A DNA stretch of 64,000 bases from Octopus bimaculoides. Taxonomy: Eukaryota. The DNA is taken from positions 53,040,050 through 53,104,049 of the forward strand of contig NC_068996.1 in the NCBI RefSeq assembly GCF_001194135.2, written 5' to 3'. Within the stretch, counting starts at the first letter, position 1, and every line of letters starts with the position of its first letter. Made by a program: the position numbers and the translations under genes. Shown here piece after piece: positions 11,691 to 25,134 of this stretch. The notes below the pieces were generated by a model, which saw only the letters and a list, made by a program, of their open reading frames with translations, was not told the origin of the DNA and did not search any database.

Positions 11691-14479
11691 ACAGATACTA
11701 TCTACAACCTCTTGGGCATTTGAGAGAATCTATTTCCTGTGTGTTCTTTGTGTTTATTGAACCTGCACATGTGCCACATACAAAGTCTACTTTCTTTGTT
11801 AACCTCCACGTAATTCTACTCCATCCCATTGTGCACACACATAAACACAAACACAACAGCTTTCTGCATTATTTCAGTCTATTGTTCCATTCAAAAGACG
11901 TTTGTCGGCCTGAGGCTATATTGGAAGGCATTTGTTCAAGATGCCATACCAAGAAACTAAACCTTAAGATACATGGCTGCAAAGCAAACTTTTAACTGCA
12001 CAGACATTCCTGCACCTACTCTTAATGTATTTCTCGGCAAAAGATTCAGCATGACACAGAATATGGTCCTTTTGAATTAGAAGTACTGCTCATTTTTGCT
12101 AGCTGAGTGGACAGGAGCCAGGTGAAATAAAGCGTCTTGCTCAAGGACATAACGTGCCACCAGGAATCGAACTCACGGCATTATGATCATAAGCCAAATA
12201 TGCTAACAACTAATTCTCATCTATTCTGCTAATGTCGGATAGATGAGGTCGAGTGAGACAGGAGGAGATAACTCTAGACAACTTTGAGTTCCTTCTATCT
12301 TATGTCATTCAACATTCTGAATTGAGGTTATCACTAAAAACATTCACAGCATACCAAATTCTCAAATTCTTTGTAAGTAATAAAAGAGATTGTGAAAACC
12401 ATGTAGTTATTAGACATACAAATACAATGTCTGTTTCGATGCTGGCATAGCTTCACTAGTTCTGTAATATTTATCTCTACATTCTGTTCAATTTCTTGTT
12501 TTTTTTACCACTTCTCAAGTCCTAATCCATCTTCGTTTTCCTCTGTTCTGTCAATACACGTAACTTCAAGGAGCAATAGCTTTACTTAAAAGAAAATCTT
12601 GGTAGCATCAGAAGTATCAATCATAATGTTTAGAAGAGAAGTGTTTACTTCTACGGACATGTGATATGTATTATTCTGAAGAAAGATAATTACATGAATA
12701 AGGAGGAGTCTACAGAAGAGAAAGGTTAAAAAAGATGAGGCCACAAGTAATGATGAGCAGACTTTAGGATGCTGAGCCTCAGAAAGAGTAAACAATGCTG
12801 TCAGGAAACAGATCTGTCTAACCCATGCCAGCTTAGAAAAGTGGATGTAAAAATGAATGTGCTATGAAGATATGTATTTAATTAACAAATTCTTTCTCAG
12901 GTTTAAATGACTTCACTAAACAATCTGTTACTTCAATCAATATTTGAAATGTGATGTCTGTCAGAATGATTTCAAATTTTGGCACAGAACTAGTAATTTT
13001 GAAGAAGGATCTAAGTCAAAGATATCGACCCCAGTACTCAACTGGTAATTGTTTTATCAACCCTGAAAGGATAAAAAGCAAAGTTGACCCAGGCTGTATT
13101 TGCATTCAGAACATTACGTTGGAAGAAATTCTAAGCATTTTTATTTTTCCTGGTGTGGTAACAATTCTGCCAGTTCACCGTCTTGAAATGGCACTTCAAA
13201 CTATTTGGGTCAGCAAAAGACATTTTAATGTAATCAAGTGACCGCAAGAAATAGCAGCTGAATCTCTCAACACTCATATCCAACTTCCTTTTAGAAAAGG
13301 ACCTGTTATACAGTGTAGGCTTATATGAGGTGTATCTGAATAAAAGAAAAAATGAAACAAGTTTGTATGATCAGAGTTGGCTGGGAACTAAGGAAAAAAA
13401 TTCAAAATTATCTAATCAGAATTCGGCAAAAAAGTAAGGTCATCAGAGTGGATATTTCGTAGTACTCTTGTTTTGTTTAATTTTAATTTCTTTTTGGCTT
13501 TTTTTCATGTCTTCAAATTGAAATGTGGGTCCCTCAAAGAAAGCTTTAACGTTTAAGTTTAGAATTGATTATATAAAGTACTAAGTTCTAGTAATGTATT
13601 AGTCATCTTGATTGTTGTTTTCACTACATTTTGACTTTGTACTCGCCAGTCTTGTTCAAGGGTCTTGTAGGTGACCGGTAATAAAGTCACAATTTGGGCT
13701 AAGAAAAAAATCACAATTAATTTATAGGATCCAGACTCCCCGCCCTCTTCCTTGGACAAAACACCTGTGACTTTTTTTTACCTGGATTCGTCTTGTGATT
13801 CCCCTCAGTGCTTTGCTTGGGATTCAACACAACTGAAACATAGTGAAAAGCAACAACCAAGATGAAGACATCACTCCTCATCTCAAAAATATAGAATTGT
13901 AAAGTACCAGTAACTTTGGATTAAAATTTTGAATAGAACATCTCTCCTTTTTTTATCAGTTACAAATTAAGTTTATTGTTAGAACAGAGTTAAAGCATCC
14001 CAGTTTCAAGAAATATCTGTGTGTGTGTGTGCAGGGATGGTTGTGAAATGAAGGGTTTTCATTTGTAATCATATGGTTTTGAGTTCACTCTCACTACAAG
14101 GCACCTTGAACAAGTATCTTCTGTTCTAACTGAAGATTGAACAATTCTTAATGAGTGGATCTCATAGATGGGTGTGCATTCAATCTGCACCTCCTATATT
14201 AAGACTCTCTCTCTATCTCTTTTTTACTCTCTCTCTCTCTCTCTCCGCAGTGTAAGTCATTATCATCATCATCGTTTAACGTCCGCTTTCCATGTTGGCA
14301 TGGGATGAATGGAAAATCAACTAACCAACATTTACATCAACTATTAATATAAGAAATGCATACAATTATGTACATGTATTTTTATATGCATGTGTGTGTA
14401 TACACACAGACATACACAGATGTGTACTTTTATATGTATTTTGTATATAAATATATATATATATATATGTATGTATGTA

Positions 14480-15931
14480 TGTATGTGGCAGATGCTCAGG
14501 AGCAATAAACACTGAAAATGTGCAGAAAACAACCTTTGCCACACTCCAGGGAGGAAAACTAGAAGTAGTTGATAGCTTCCGTTACCTAGGTGACCAAGTT
14601 TGTAGCGGGGGAGGGCGCTCTGAAAGTGTAGCTGCTAGAATAAGAATAGCCTGGGCAAAGTTCAGAGAGCTCTTACCTCTGCTGGTGACAAAGGGCCTCT
14701 CACTCAGAGTAAAAGGTAGACTGTATGATGCATGTGTACGGACAGTCATGCTACATGGCAGTGAGAAATGGGCTGTGACTGCTGAGGACATGCATAAGCT
14801 CACAAGGAATGAAGCCAGTATGCTCCAAAGGATGTGTAATGTCAGTGTGCATACACGATAGAGTGTAAGCGTCCTGAGAGAAAAGTTGGATTTAAGAAGC
14901 ATCAGTTGTAGTGTGCAAGAGAGACGATTGCGCTGGTATGGTCATGCGGCGAGAATGGATGAGGATAGCTGTGTGAAAAAGTGTCACACCCTAGCAGTTG
15001 AGGGAACCTGTGGAAGAGGTAGGCCCAGGAAGACCTGGGATGAGGTGGTGAGGCACGACCTCTGAACATTGGGCGTCACTGAGGCAATGACTAGTGACCG
15101 GGACCTTTGGAAATATGCAGTATGTGAGAAGACCCAGCAAGCCAAGTGAGAGCATAATCTGTGGCCTCTGCCAGAAGTGTAGCCAGCTCACTTATTCGTA
15201 TCTTTACTTCATTGGACACTAAACTCTGCTTGCGAAGACCTGTTGAGGCAAGTGAATTTGAAATCGAAATCAGACCAAATTCGATGACTGGCACCCGTGC
15301 CAACCTCTCCTTCTTTGGACACTAAACTCTGCTTGCGAAGACCTGTTGGGGTAAGTTTAATCAAAATCGTAATAGAACCATATTCGATTATTGACACCTG
15401 TGCCAGTGGAGCACTAACAGCACTGTCTGAGTGTGATCATTGCCAGAGCAGCTGTCTGGCTTCCATGACANNNNNNNNNNCACCTGTGCCAGTGGAGCAC
15501 TAACAGCACTGTCTGAGTGTGATCATTGCCAGAGCAGCTGTCTGGCTTCCATGACAGTGGCACGTAAATAGCACCATTTGAGCGTGATCGTTACCAACGT
15601 CGCCTTACTGGCACTTGTGTCGGTGGCACGTTAGAAAATCATTCGAGTGAGGTCATTGCCAGTGCCTGGCTCCTGTGCAGGTGGCATGTAAAAAACACCA
15701 TTTTGAGTGTGTCCGTTGCCAGTACCGCATGACTGGCCCTCATGTCGGTGGCACGTAAAAGCACCCACTACACTCTTGGAATGGTTGGCGTTAGGAAGGG
15801 CATCCAGCTGTAGAAACTCTGCCAAATCAGATTGGAGCCTGGTGTAGCCATCTGGTTCGCCAGTCCTCAGTCAAATTGTCCAACCCATGCCAGCATGGGA
15901 AGCGGATGTTAAACGATGATGATGATGATGA
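14480..15931 (+). mobile_element. RTE-clade LINE 3' part (RT C-terminus, 3'UTR, (GAT)n tail), inactivated
   Basis: CGRCSG..LEVVDSFRYLGD..RIAWAKFRELLPLL..RRLRWYGHAARMDED..GRGRPRKTWDEVV with in-frame stops. The 3'UTR has internal repeats and ends gatgatgatgatgat. Confidence 0.95.
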
Positions 15932-16019
15932 TTGTTTAAATTGGTGAATCCTGCCATAATCCTTGCCTTCAGTTTGTCATTGGTGTTAGAAGGAGTTTTA
16001 TTGGTCTCGTCTCTTGCTC

Positions 16020-16300
16020 AACAGCACCCTACACATAATAATTAAGGGGGCTGCAATCTGGGGAGTTAGGGGTGAAGTGGTTGCAGAAATTGTCTGACAG
16101 CCATGACTGGGTTCTCCTGCTTCTGTGACATGGTGTAGAGTCCTGTTGCCAGACATAGGGTCTTCTAGCAGCCAACCTCTTGACCCAGGGCAGCACTACC
16201 TCCTCCAGGTACTTGACTGTATGGGAAAATGAATGGAGGCATAACGTCACCATAACTAGTGATCATTCCAAACACCATGATGTTGACTGGATGCCATATT
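16020..16300 (-). mobile_element. maT/DD37D-type Tc1-mariner transposase fragment
   Basis: GDVMPPFIF..YLEEVVLPWVKR..RPYVWQQDSTPCH..PNSPDCSPLNYYV. Confidence 0.85.
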
Positions 16301-16610
16301 TTTATCACTCTCCACCCTATTGAGGATCACACATTGTTTACATGCATAACCCTCACAACAACACACACACATTCTTTGTTTTGTCCTGTACCGTCCGTAA
16401 TGTTTTTCTTAATGTAAACCCTAGTGGTTAATAAAGAAACCATTATTATTATTATAAAATAAAAGAAATCATCATCATCATTGTTTTATTTTATTTATCA
16501 GAGAGTTACATTTTAGTATAGTTATTTAATCCATTTATATCTGCTATAATTCGTAGAACGAAAGACGCAATCAATCGTGGCGAGAGATTCATCTAAAAGG
16601 TGTGATGTAA

Positions 16611-16720
16611 GGAGAAGGTAAAGAATACGTACACCTGGTGGTTAGGGTTAGGATTTACGGTTAGAATTAGGGTTAGGGTTATGCCGAAAACGGGTGGTGT
16701 GCGTATTCTTTACCCCCGCC
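16611..16720. mobile_element. 110-bp MITE with 25-bp TIRs, 9-bp TSD and internal TTAGGG repeats (Mutator-like)
   Basis: TIRs 16611-16635 and 16696-16720 match at 21/25. TSD GTGATGTAA at 16602-16610 and 16721-16729. Confidence 0.85.
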
Positions 16721-16998
16721 GTGATGTAAAAGGTTCATGGTTGCGATTTTTACTCACTTCACTCTACAAATACCCTTCGAAATTATATTCTAATCTGACG
16801 GTTTTATAATCCGTTGAATTTGATACAAAGCAGTCAGAAGGGTAAACATTATCGGAAATGTTTTCCTTTCAATAATGAATGTTTCGAAAGAAGAAGAAAT
16901 GAACGGTAGAACTATCGGAATTTTTAAAGACTCTAATGAAAGATGCAGTTTTAGGGTTCCGGTCATCAGATTTACGTTGCTATCTCCGCATGACGTTT

Positions 16999-17012
16999 GT
17001 TTACATAGCAAC
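16999..17012. promoter_or_regulatory. X-box-like RFX site
   Basis: GTTTACATAGCAAC (reverse GTTGCTATGTAAAC): one perfect half site, in a CpG-rich zone. Confidence 0.45.
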
Positions 17013-17781
17013 GGGAACAAAATGTCGCGAAAGATTTCTAATATCCAACATATGAGAGAAGTGTAAAGGTGAAGACGGAGGAAAACTTTAAAACTAGTTT
17101 CATATAATTGATGTTAAAGGAAACGGTAATGCCATGCAATATATAGCAGACAATTATGAATTAAGGGAAAACATATTTATAACTAGAATTGATAGAAATC
17201 TGTTGAATCCTCCATGATTTCTGAATATCGTGTTGTGTGATTTACCATTTATGTTATCTGAATAATTTTCAAGCTTGTGATTTTTGGTTTGTGTTTAAAT
17301 TTTTAATTAAAAACACAAATAAAATAATAATGAAATAAATAATAGCAAAAATTTTCTTCTCAATGAAAATATCGAATTTTTAATTCTTAAATTATAAATT
17401 ATGTTTCTTAAAACGATTTTTTTTCCTATTATGTCATGACTAGAATGTAAAGATAACTTAAATAGAGCTTCTGCAATGTCCATAGTATTCCTTTACTTGA
17501 TTTATCTCATTAGATTTTTACTTTCTAATACAGAATTATCTGTGTAGGACGATAATAGCACCATCTCTAATATTAATGGTTTAAAATGGCATTTCACAGC
17601 ACAATAGTTTGCATTTATATTTAACTTCTCTTTCGCTGAAAATGGACACGAAACTTGTTCCTGTCAGTTCTAATCGTTGAGTTTCCAGACTAATTAATTA
17701 GGATTTCAACATCCAAATTCTGTCGCCCAAACAAATTCTACCACACACAAACTGTCTACGTTTTCCACACATGTTAATTAC

Positions 17782-17794
17782 GTTACCTAGCAAC
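17782..17794. promoter_or_regulatory. RFX X-box upstream of the CEP15-like gene
   Basis: GTTACCTAGCAAC fits GTTRCC-N-RGYAAC. An extra half site GTTGCC lies at ~17810. CpG-rich region ~360 bp before the donor at 18153. Confidence 0.7.
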
Positions 17795-18469
17795 GGTAAC
17801 ATCACCAAGGTTGCCTAACAATGAAAGCGTTTTCGTTAAGGAACACAATTTTTCTTTTTGATAATTCAAAATTGTGAACATGGTAGAATTTTGTATTTGT
17901 TTATTTATTATTTAATGTTTATAGTTTGAGAAATTTATGAAGTGATTCTTTTCTTAAAAGAAGAGTTCGGCGCATATCTTAAAATATTATCACTATTATT
18001 ATTACTATTATTATTTTTATTATTACTATTATTGAAATCCTAATTATTATTATTTTTTTAATTCTCTCATAACGAATGATTTTTTTTAAAACGCAAAGAA
18101 AAGACTTTTGTTAAAGACTCTTAAAGATCTGGACTGCCTCTTCTAGAAAAAGGTAAGTTGTTTCTCCTAGTTTTCTCGTCTTATGTCAGTGTTAGAACTG
18201 TTGCATCAAGATACATGACATAAAGTCACTAGGTTTCTATGTATTAGCCATCGTCAAGTCCATCCTTGATGTACATATTCGTGCTCTCTTTTATGTGTTA
18301 ACAGGGAGCACACGTCATTCAGGTGTTTCTAAATAGACCAACACAACAAATGATAGAAGTTTTAAAAATATGAAGAGAAAAATATTCAATGTTACAATAT
18401 AAACACAAGCGCATAATACAGTATAGAATTAAACATGGTATTCCCCAGTCTTGTAAAAGTCATGGATTT

Positions 18470-21290
18470 TACAATAAGGATGATATTCCTGGTCTTAGAT
18501 GATAAGTCAGTAGTCCTGGCCATGAACCTGTCAGAGAGTGACCAATACTTTGACAGTTTGCTTTTCTGAAGCTGATGAACAGTGGAGCCTGGGCTGGTAG
18601 CTGACCGCACCAATTTGCCACTAGAGAAGAGGTCACAGCATGTAGTAGCCCAGATGAGGGGCCTACAACCACAGAGTGGGATAATTATTATACCATCAGG
18701 CCTTTTACTGTCTCCTTGATCTAGCCCCACTGGTTCAAGCTGGGAAGGGAAGCCTGCAGCATCTAGACCATGCTTTATGATTTCATTAAGGACAGCATGG
18801 CATGGAAAGTAGCCAGTACTATAATGACAGGACAGAAAGAATCCACAGTGAATCCAAAGTGACATTTTTGAGGCTCACAGCTTTGGAGGCCAAGCATCAG
18901 GGAAACACTATCAAGCTGAGTGTCAGTCACAAGTGATGGCATTGCTTTGAGCTAGGCTCCACGGTGGGGCTTGGAGGCTGAATGAAAACATGCCAGATGA
19001 TACTGCTTAAGTCAGCAGACTAAGTCATCTGAGATCATGTTGCACTGGATGGCATCCCATTTGTTTTGGGGAGACTGGACGTTCACAGAAGGGAGTCGCG
19101 GATGGATGTCCGCAGGGCATAGGCTGAGCTAGCTCCATGTCGCATAGGTCACCTCATGCTCCCCAATCACAGTTGGTTCAATTGAGTTGTGGAGAACCCT
19201 GTCATCAGGTTCACATGGAAATAGAATTTTGTTGAATCAACTGATTGAGTATCATAAAATTTACAGTTTTTGTGTATTGCTACAGAAGACCACACATTTG
19301 TCATTTTTTCAGTCATATCTGTGCATAGAAAAGACATAGACAGGGACCCAGTTACTAAGATCTGAATATATTGTTTTTGACAAAGAAATCTTACAGTGAC
19401 TAGATAAGCAAATTAGGTGAGTTTTCAATATCAACCAGTGGTGAATTTTTTTTAAGACAGAATAAAATCAATGTATTTAGTAGGGATGCAGGAAGAGAAA
19501 ACGCTACAGTAGGGAAGAGAACATGTCAGCAGATTAAAAGAAGAAGCTGTTAGGAGGAGTTTTGCATCTAATGTACAAGAGCTGAAAATGATATTTAACC
19601 ATTTCTCTTATATAAAATACAAAGGTTGTATTATTTGAGCTAAGACATGTGCTGTGAGACAGGAAGAACAAAAATCATTCTATAACCCAGATATGAGAGG
19701 TACAAAATGGAAGCAATGTCATAATCATTATTTGATGGACCATAATGGGTGTATGCTGTCCAATTAAAGCAGATGTGTACAGTTTTCCTATTTGAAGGAA
19801 GCAGTGAACTGGAAATGAAGGACTCAATGACTTATCATGATTCTCTGATAATGGCAGCTGAAATACAGGAGGAATTTAGTGGTTGTGTGAGGGACAAACT
19901 GCTAAGTTAGAATGGTTTACTCAACAGACTTTGTTTATGTGCCAGTCTCCCATTTACTACAATCTTATTAGATTCCTATTGCAATTGTAGCAGACTAAAA
20001 GCATTACCAATTATATGAATGAAGAATGGTGATGTTGCTGAGAAAGGATGTAAATAAGTAGGATTTTATTGATTCTTTCAGACCCCAAAATTCAGTGAAT
20101 TCCAAGTTTACAATTTGACCCAGATTGGTTTTTGTTGTCATAAGTATTTTTTGGATGTATGCAATTCTTAACAGATCTACCCAGGACAACCACTGCTTTC
20201 AATATATTGTAGAGAGAGTAGATACTATGGATTTGGTGGGGCTCTGAACAATTTTGGTAGATTTAAAGCTTTTAACTGGATCAACCATCAGTAACTGGTG
20301 GCTCTTCTAAGTGCAGTGAGTGTAACTTACATTTCCAAGGACTGTATTGTTGATATACAGACAGGCTGGAACATGTTGTTCTTTCACTCTTCTTGAAAAA
20401 TAGACTGGTTTTGCTGGTCAAAATGTCCACCTATTGCCACCATCCTCTGTGCAGAGGGCTCAAGACATTTGGGATTAATGATGCCCAGGCATTAGCTGAG
20501 GTGGTGACATTTTCTTCTGAAAGATGATAGATAACATCCAAAAGATCTTAACCAAGCTTGCTACATAGAAGTGTCAGTAGTTTGGAATAAACACTACAGT
20601 CATGGCAGTATTGTCAACAAAGTCTGTTAGAGATGCATGAGAAGCAATGAAAACGTTCCTCATACACATGTTCATTATATATTTGAACATTGTTGACTTG
20701 TGCACTGACGTATACACCTGTTGTTGCTTCTACAACAGATTCAGCTATCACTTATCTACCTTCTTTTGGTGAGGAGGTTTGATTTTTTTATGTCTTGCTG
20801 ATAAGACACAAAAGATAACATAGTGAAGAAAATTAGAAGCACAGGGGGCTGTTTTTTTTTTCCTCCTCTCCAATTATGCCTTTATCGTTCTGCTCAGTCA
20901 TGAATGGGATAATAAAAGAGGTGGCTATCTGTAGCTGCTTACAACTTGATGGACATATAAAACATTTAGCAAAGTAAAAAGGTACATGTTGCTGAGTCAT
21001 CCGTGGTTTTGAGTGACAGCTAGAGATTGCTCATTAGATATAATAGCTGAATACATGTCTTCATACAGTAACGAGTACCATACTAATTATTCTTAAATTG
21101 CACAACTATTTCTGGCACAGGCCTGAAAAACAGCTGCAGAAACCAAAGCAGATATTAGAACCTGGTTCAGCTCTCTCTGGTTCAACTGTTGAAGTCAAAT
21201 CGTCCGACATTGCTCACACTCCTATTGAAACTGCAATAATCTCTGATCTGAAGGTGCTCACTAAAACTTTCCCTCATTTATAGGTTATAG
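18470..21290 (-). mobile_element. Degraded CRE-like non-LTR retrotransposon with restriction-like endonuclease
   Basis: C-terminus reads PHRGA*LKAMP..LSCH..CHAVLNEIIKHGLDAAGFPSQLEPVGLDQGDSKRPDG..PLIW..KLSKY (zinc knuckle plus PD-D/E..K RLE). Faint RT remnants at ~19600-20500. The 5' boundary is approximate. Confidence 0.7.
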
Positions 21291-22568
21291 ATCTTTGCTT
21301 TTAAAAATAAAAAATTCCCAAAACTTCTATAATAAATTATGTTTGTAACTGCCTCGTTTTCCAGTATTTTCTGTTCAGTGTTTCATTACATAAAATGTAA
21401 TACTTGAATAAGTGACATTGTTATTTAAAATAATGACTTTAAATTATAAGAACCGAATCTCATATATATATATGAAAGGTAAATCTTCATGAGCAATAAT
21501 GTCATGAAAGGGACGCATTTAAAATATTACTAAACATATTACAAAAACACAAATGCATAAAACTAACACAAAAATAGAAAGTGTAAATTTTATTTGTAAG
21601 TTTTAAAAAGCCATAATATCCTCATTTAATGTTAATTTAATGTTTACTACAGCCATAGACCAGTGCTGCCTGACTGGCTCTCGTGCCAGTGACTTGTAAA
21701 AAGTATCATTTGAGTGTGGTTGATGCCAGTGCCGGCTGACTGATCCCATGCCAGTGGCATGTAAAAAGTACCCACTACACTCGCAAAGTGGTTGGCATTA
21801 GGAAGGGCATCCAGCCGTAGAAACATTGCCAGATCGGATTGGAACCTTGTGCAGCCTTCTGGCTTGCCAGCCTTCTGGCTTGCCAGCCGTCAGTCAAACT
21901 GTCCAACCCATGCCAGCATGGAAAGGGGAGGCTAAATGACAACGATGATGGTGATGATGATGATGATGATGAGCTATTTGTGGCCCTCAGGACTTTCTGA
22001 ATGGCATGCCTAATGAAAAATTACCTTGAATTTTTCTTTAGTAGCACACCTCACCTGATGACAAGCCATGTCTCAAGTGGCTTGCTTCTTTGCCCATGCC
22101 AGCATTTTGTAAACTTGCTAATGGGAAAGATATTAAATTTTAATTATTTATGTTTATGTCAGTATTTATAACTCTGTATTTTGAGGGGTACCACTTGTAC
22201 TTGAGGTGGCATTCACCCAGGATGGGTTGAGCCAGCAACCAACAAATTCACCATGTCCCTTATGAATGCTGACCACATCCAACAGGTAGCAGCAGTCAAA
22301 GCTGTAACGGATACTCATACCCTGTTCCACTGGGGGCTTGATTGTGCTTCCACATCCATCTTTACTGTTGCCAGCCATGTCTTCAATTGTCTTCCAATTT
22401 GTTTTGCAGAGGCTTGTTTCTTTTGTTTGTTTTTTAAAACATATTTGTATGATGTTTTTACATTTTCTTTATACCTGTTTTAATGACTATGTTCATTGAA
22501 CTCTGTTAGCCTATGGAATTGTAGAATTAGAATCTGAACAACAGATGTCACGAAAACATTGCCCCACC

Positions 22569-25078
22569 ATGCTGACTGAGGATCTGAACAAACGTCTTTA
22601 TCAAATGTAAGTTAACTTCATAATCCACTAACATTTTAATAAATAACCTTCTACCATTATCTTACAAGGCAGACCAATGACAAAAGATATATTTGAGTCA
22701 TTACAATGTCATCTTTTAAGGAATATCTAGGGTTTTATATTATCTTGTATGTCTTTTCCATATTCAATGACTGTGTGTGATTTAAGAGAGATTTTGGTTC
22801 CTATTTGTGACTGCGAATAGCAAGCTAATGTAGACAAGTAAAGGGAGTTTTCAACTTCCATAGTTTGGCTGGGTTTACAATGTAGTGATTCTCTTAATTT
22901 TGATCTGTCATATCATTAATGAGAGCAGATGTCCTTAGATTTAATCTAATCACACTTTTGCACCACTTGTTTGTATCAGTGTGAATCAAGATATTGTTTG
23001 GGGAAAATGTGTGTGGAATGATAGCAGTACACTTGACCTCGTAGGGATCCACTTTTGAGGTTTACTGCAATCTGGCCAAAAGCATGATTAAGAACATGAA
23101 AGCATGGCCAAGCATTCATTAGTCTTGGAGAAGGTTCTGAGCAAGTTATCATTCTTAGTGGTTTGGTGGTTTTTCATATGTATCAATAGCTCATGGGGAC
23201 CATGCAATCTATGTAGAAAATCACCTTCCACAACACGAGAGTTAACAATGAGTTAATTGTTTCGTGCCCCTCAGAACTCAATTCACAGCCTTCAGTTGTT
23301 TATTATACATCTTCTGACCATAACAGGTGAGTTAAAGATTGACTGTCTGCAGGAACTCCCATATGCCAATGACCTAGTTCTCTATATCTATTAAAGATTT
23401 GGAGAAAAAAATTCCAAATAATGGAATTAAAACTTAGAACCAAAATCCCTTGAAGTAAACCAAGAAAAGACAAAAAAGTTAACAGAAAAGGAAAACAGGA
23501 TTCAACTGCCAGCTTGGAAGTTGCCAGACCTTATATGCAGAAAAGGTGTGCAATAGGAATTGTATATTAAACGTACACTACAGGTGCACAGGTGTTGTAG
23601 TAAGATCACTGATAGAGTGACACACAAGGAAGACTACATATGTAGCAGAATCACTAAGTTAGTTGAAAGAGTTCTCATGAAATAAATTCTTTCAAATTCT
23701 CAGAAGGCTCCCAGAAATAGTTGATAGCTTCTTTCACCTAGGTGACTAACTTAGCAGTGGAAGTGGATGTTGTGAAAGCAGTAACCAAAGTAAGAACAGA
23801 GTGGGAAGTGTTCAGATAGCAGCGAAGGGGCAACAATGAGATTCTCATTTGTATGCTGCCTGTCTCTCAGGCTGTGTCTGAAGTGGAATGCTGTTTGGCA
23901 GCAAAACATGGACATTGGATGCAAATAATGTGTAAAGCTTGAGAGAAATGAGGTGATGGATGTGTAATGTTAGTGTGACGAAGAATGAAGCACAAATGAA
24001 ATGAAAGAAAAATTAGGTGTAAGAGGAATCAGATGTAATTTGCAAGACTGTACTGGTACTGAAATGTGAATATGTATGAATATTGGCAGTTGGAGTCAAG
24101 TGGACCCAACCAGTAGAAAAAGAAGATTGGGAAAGATATAGGAAGAAGAGATGCAAGTTGATCNNNNNNNNNNAAAAAAAAAAAAAAAAAAAAAAAGGAA
24201 ATAGCAAGGAATTGAAACAGACAGTGAGATGTTGTCCTGGAGAAGGTACATCAAAATCATATAAGCTTGGGAAAAAGGATGTGACGTGAAAATAATTATG
24301 ATAGTCTACCTAAATAATAGTGTTACAAGAGTTTCTTCCCTTTGTATTTTATTTTTCAGCCAAGCCAAACGACAGGTGTTGGAAAGACTTGATGAAAAAG
24401 AAGAAAATCAACACGAAGCATTTCAGCAAGCGAGAAAGAGAAATAAACAAATTCTTTTAGTATGTTTTATTAAAGATCTCTTATTTAACCAATTTAGGCT
24501 AATTTTTGAGTCATCTTCCAACTAAGTCTCTCAAAGTCTTCTCTTTCCAATTGCTTATGTTCTGAAAGTTACTCTTGCCCAATATGCTTTATATATTCTA
24601 TATTTTTCTAAGAATAGTTATCAACATGAAGTATGTTCTTTATTATGCTCTGTTACAATAACAGATTTACACCTTTCACATTTCTCCTAATTACATTGTT
24701 GCTGATATGGCAGTAAGAGCTCTTGGCAAAATGTATCCATATTGATGCTTTGATACTTAATTAGAACAAATCTAATTAATTGCATGCATACTCTCATAGA
24801 TATGAAATATAGTAATAATTCGCCATATCGTGGTTCACCTATCACACACTCACTACATCTCTTTTTACTCTTTTATTCTTTTACTTGTTTCAGTCATTTG
24901 ACTGCGGCCATGCTGGAGCACCGCAAATCAAACCCAAGACTTATTCTTTATAAGCCTAGTACTTATTCTATTGGTCTCTTTTGCTGAACTGCTAAGTTAT
25001 GGGGGACATAAACACACCAACATCGGTTGTCAAGAGATGTTGGGGGAGACAAACACAGACACACAAGCATACACACAA

Positions 25079-25134
<56 letters not shown>

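Noticed and set aside
15395-15556. Exact 76-bp direct repeat flanking a 10-N gap
   Set aside because: Identical copies either side of a minimal gap indicate an unmerged contig overlap.
15560-15780. Recurring ggcacgtaaaaagcacc units resembling a CRISPR array
   Set aside because: Eukaryotic context; these are internal repeats of the RTE 3'UTR with related, non-unique spacers and no cas genes.
22055-22086. CTGATGA followed by a 7-bp hairpin
   Set aside because: No GAAA after the stem, so not a hammerhead.
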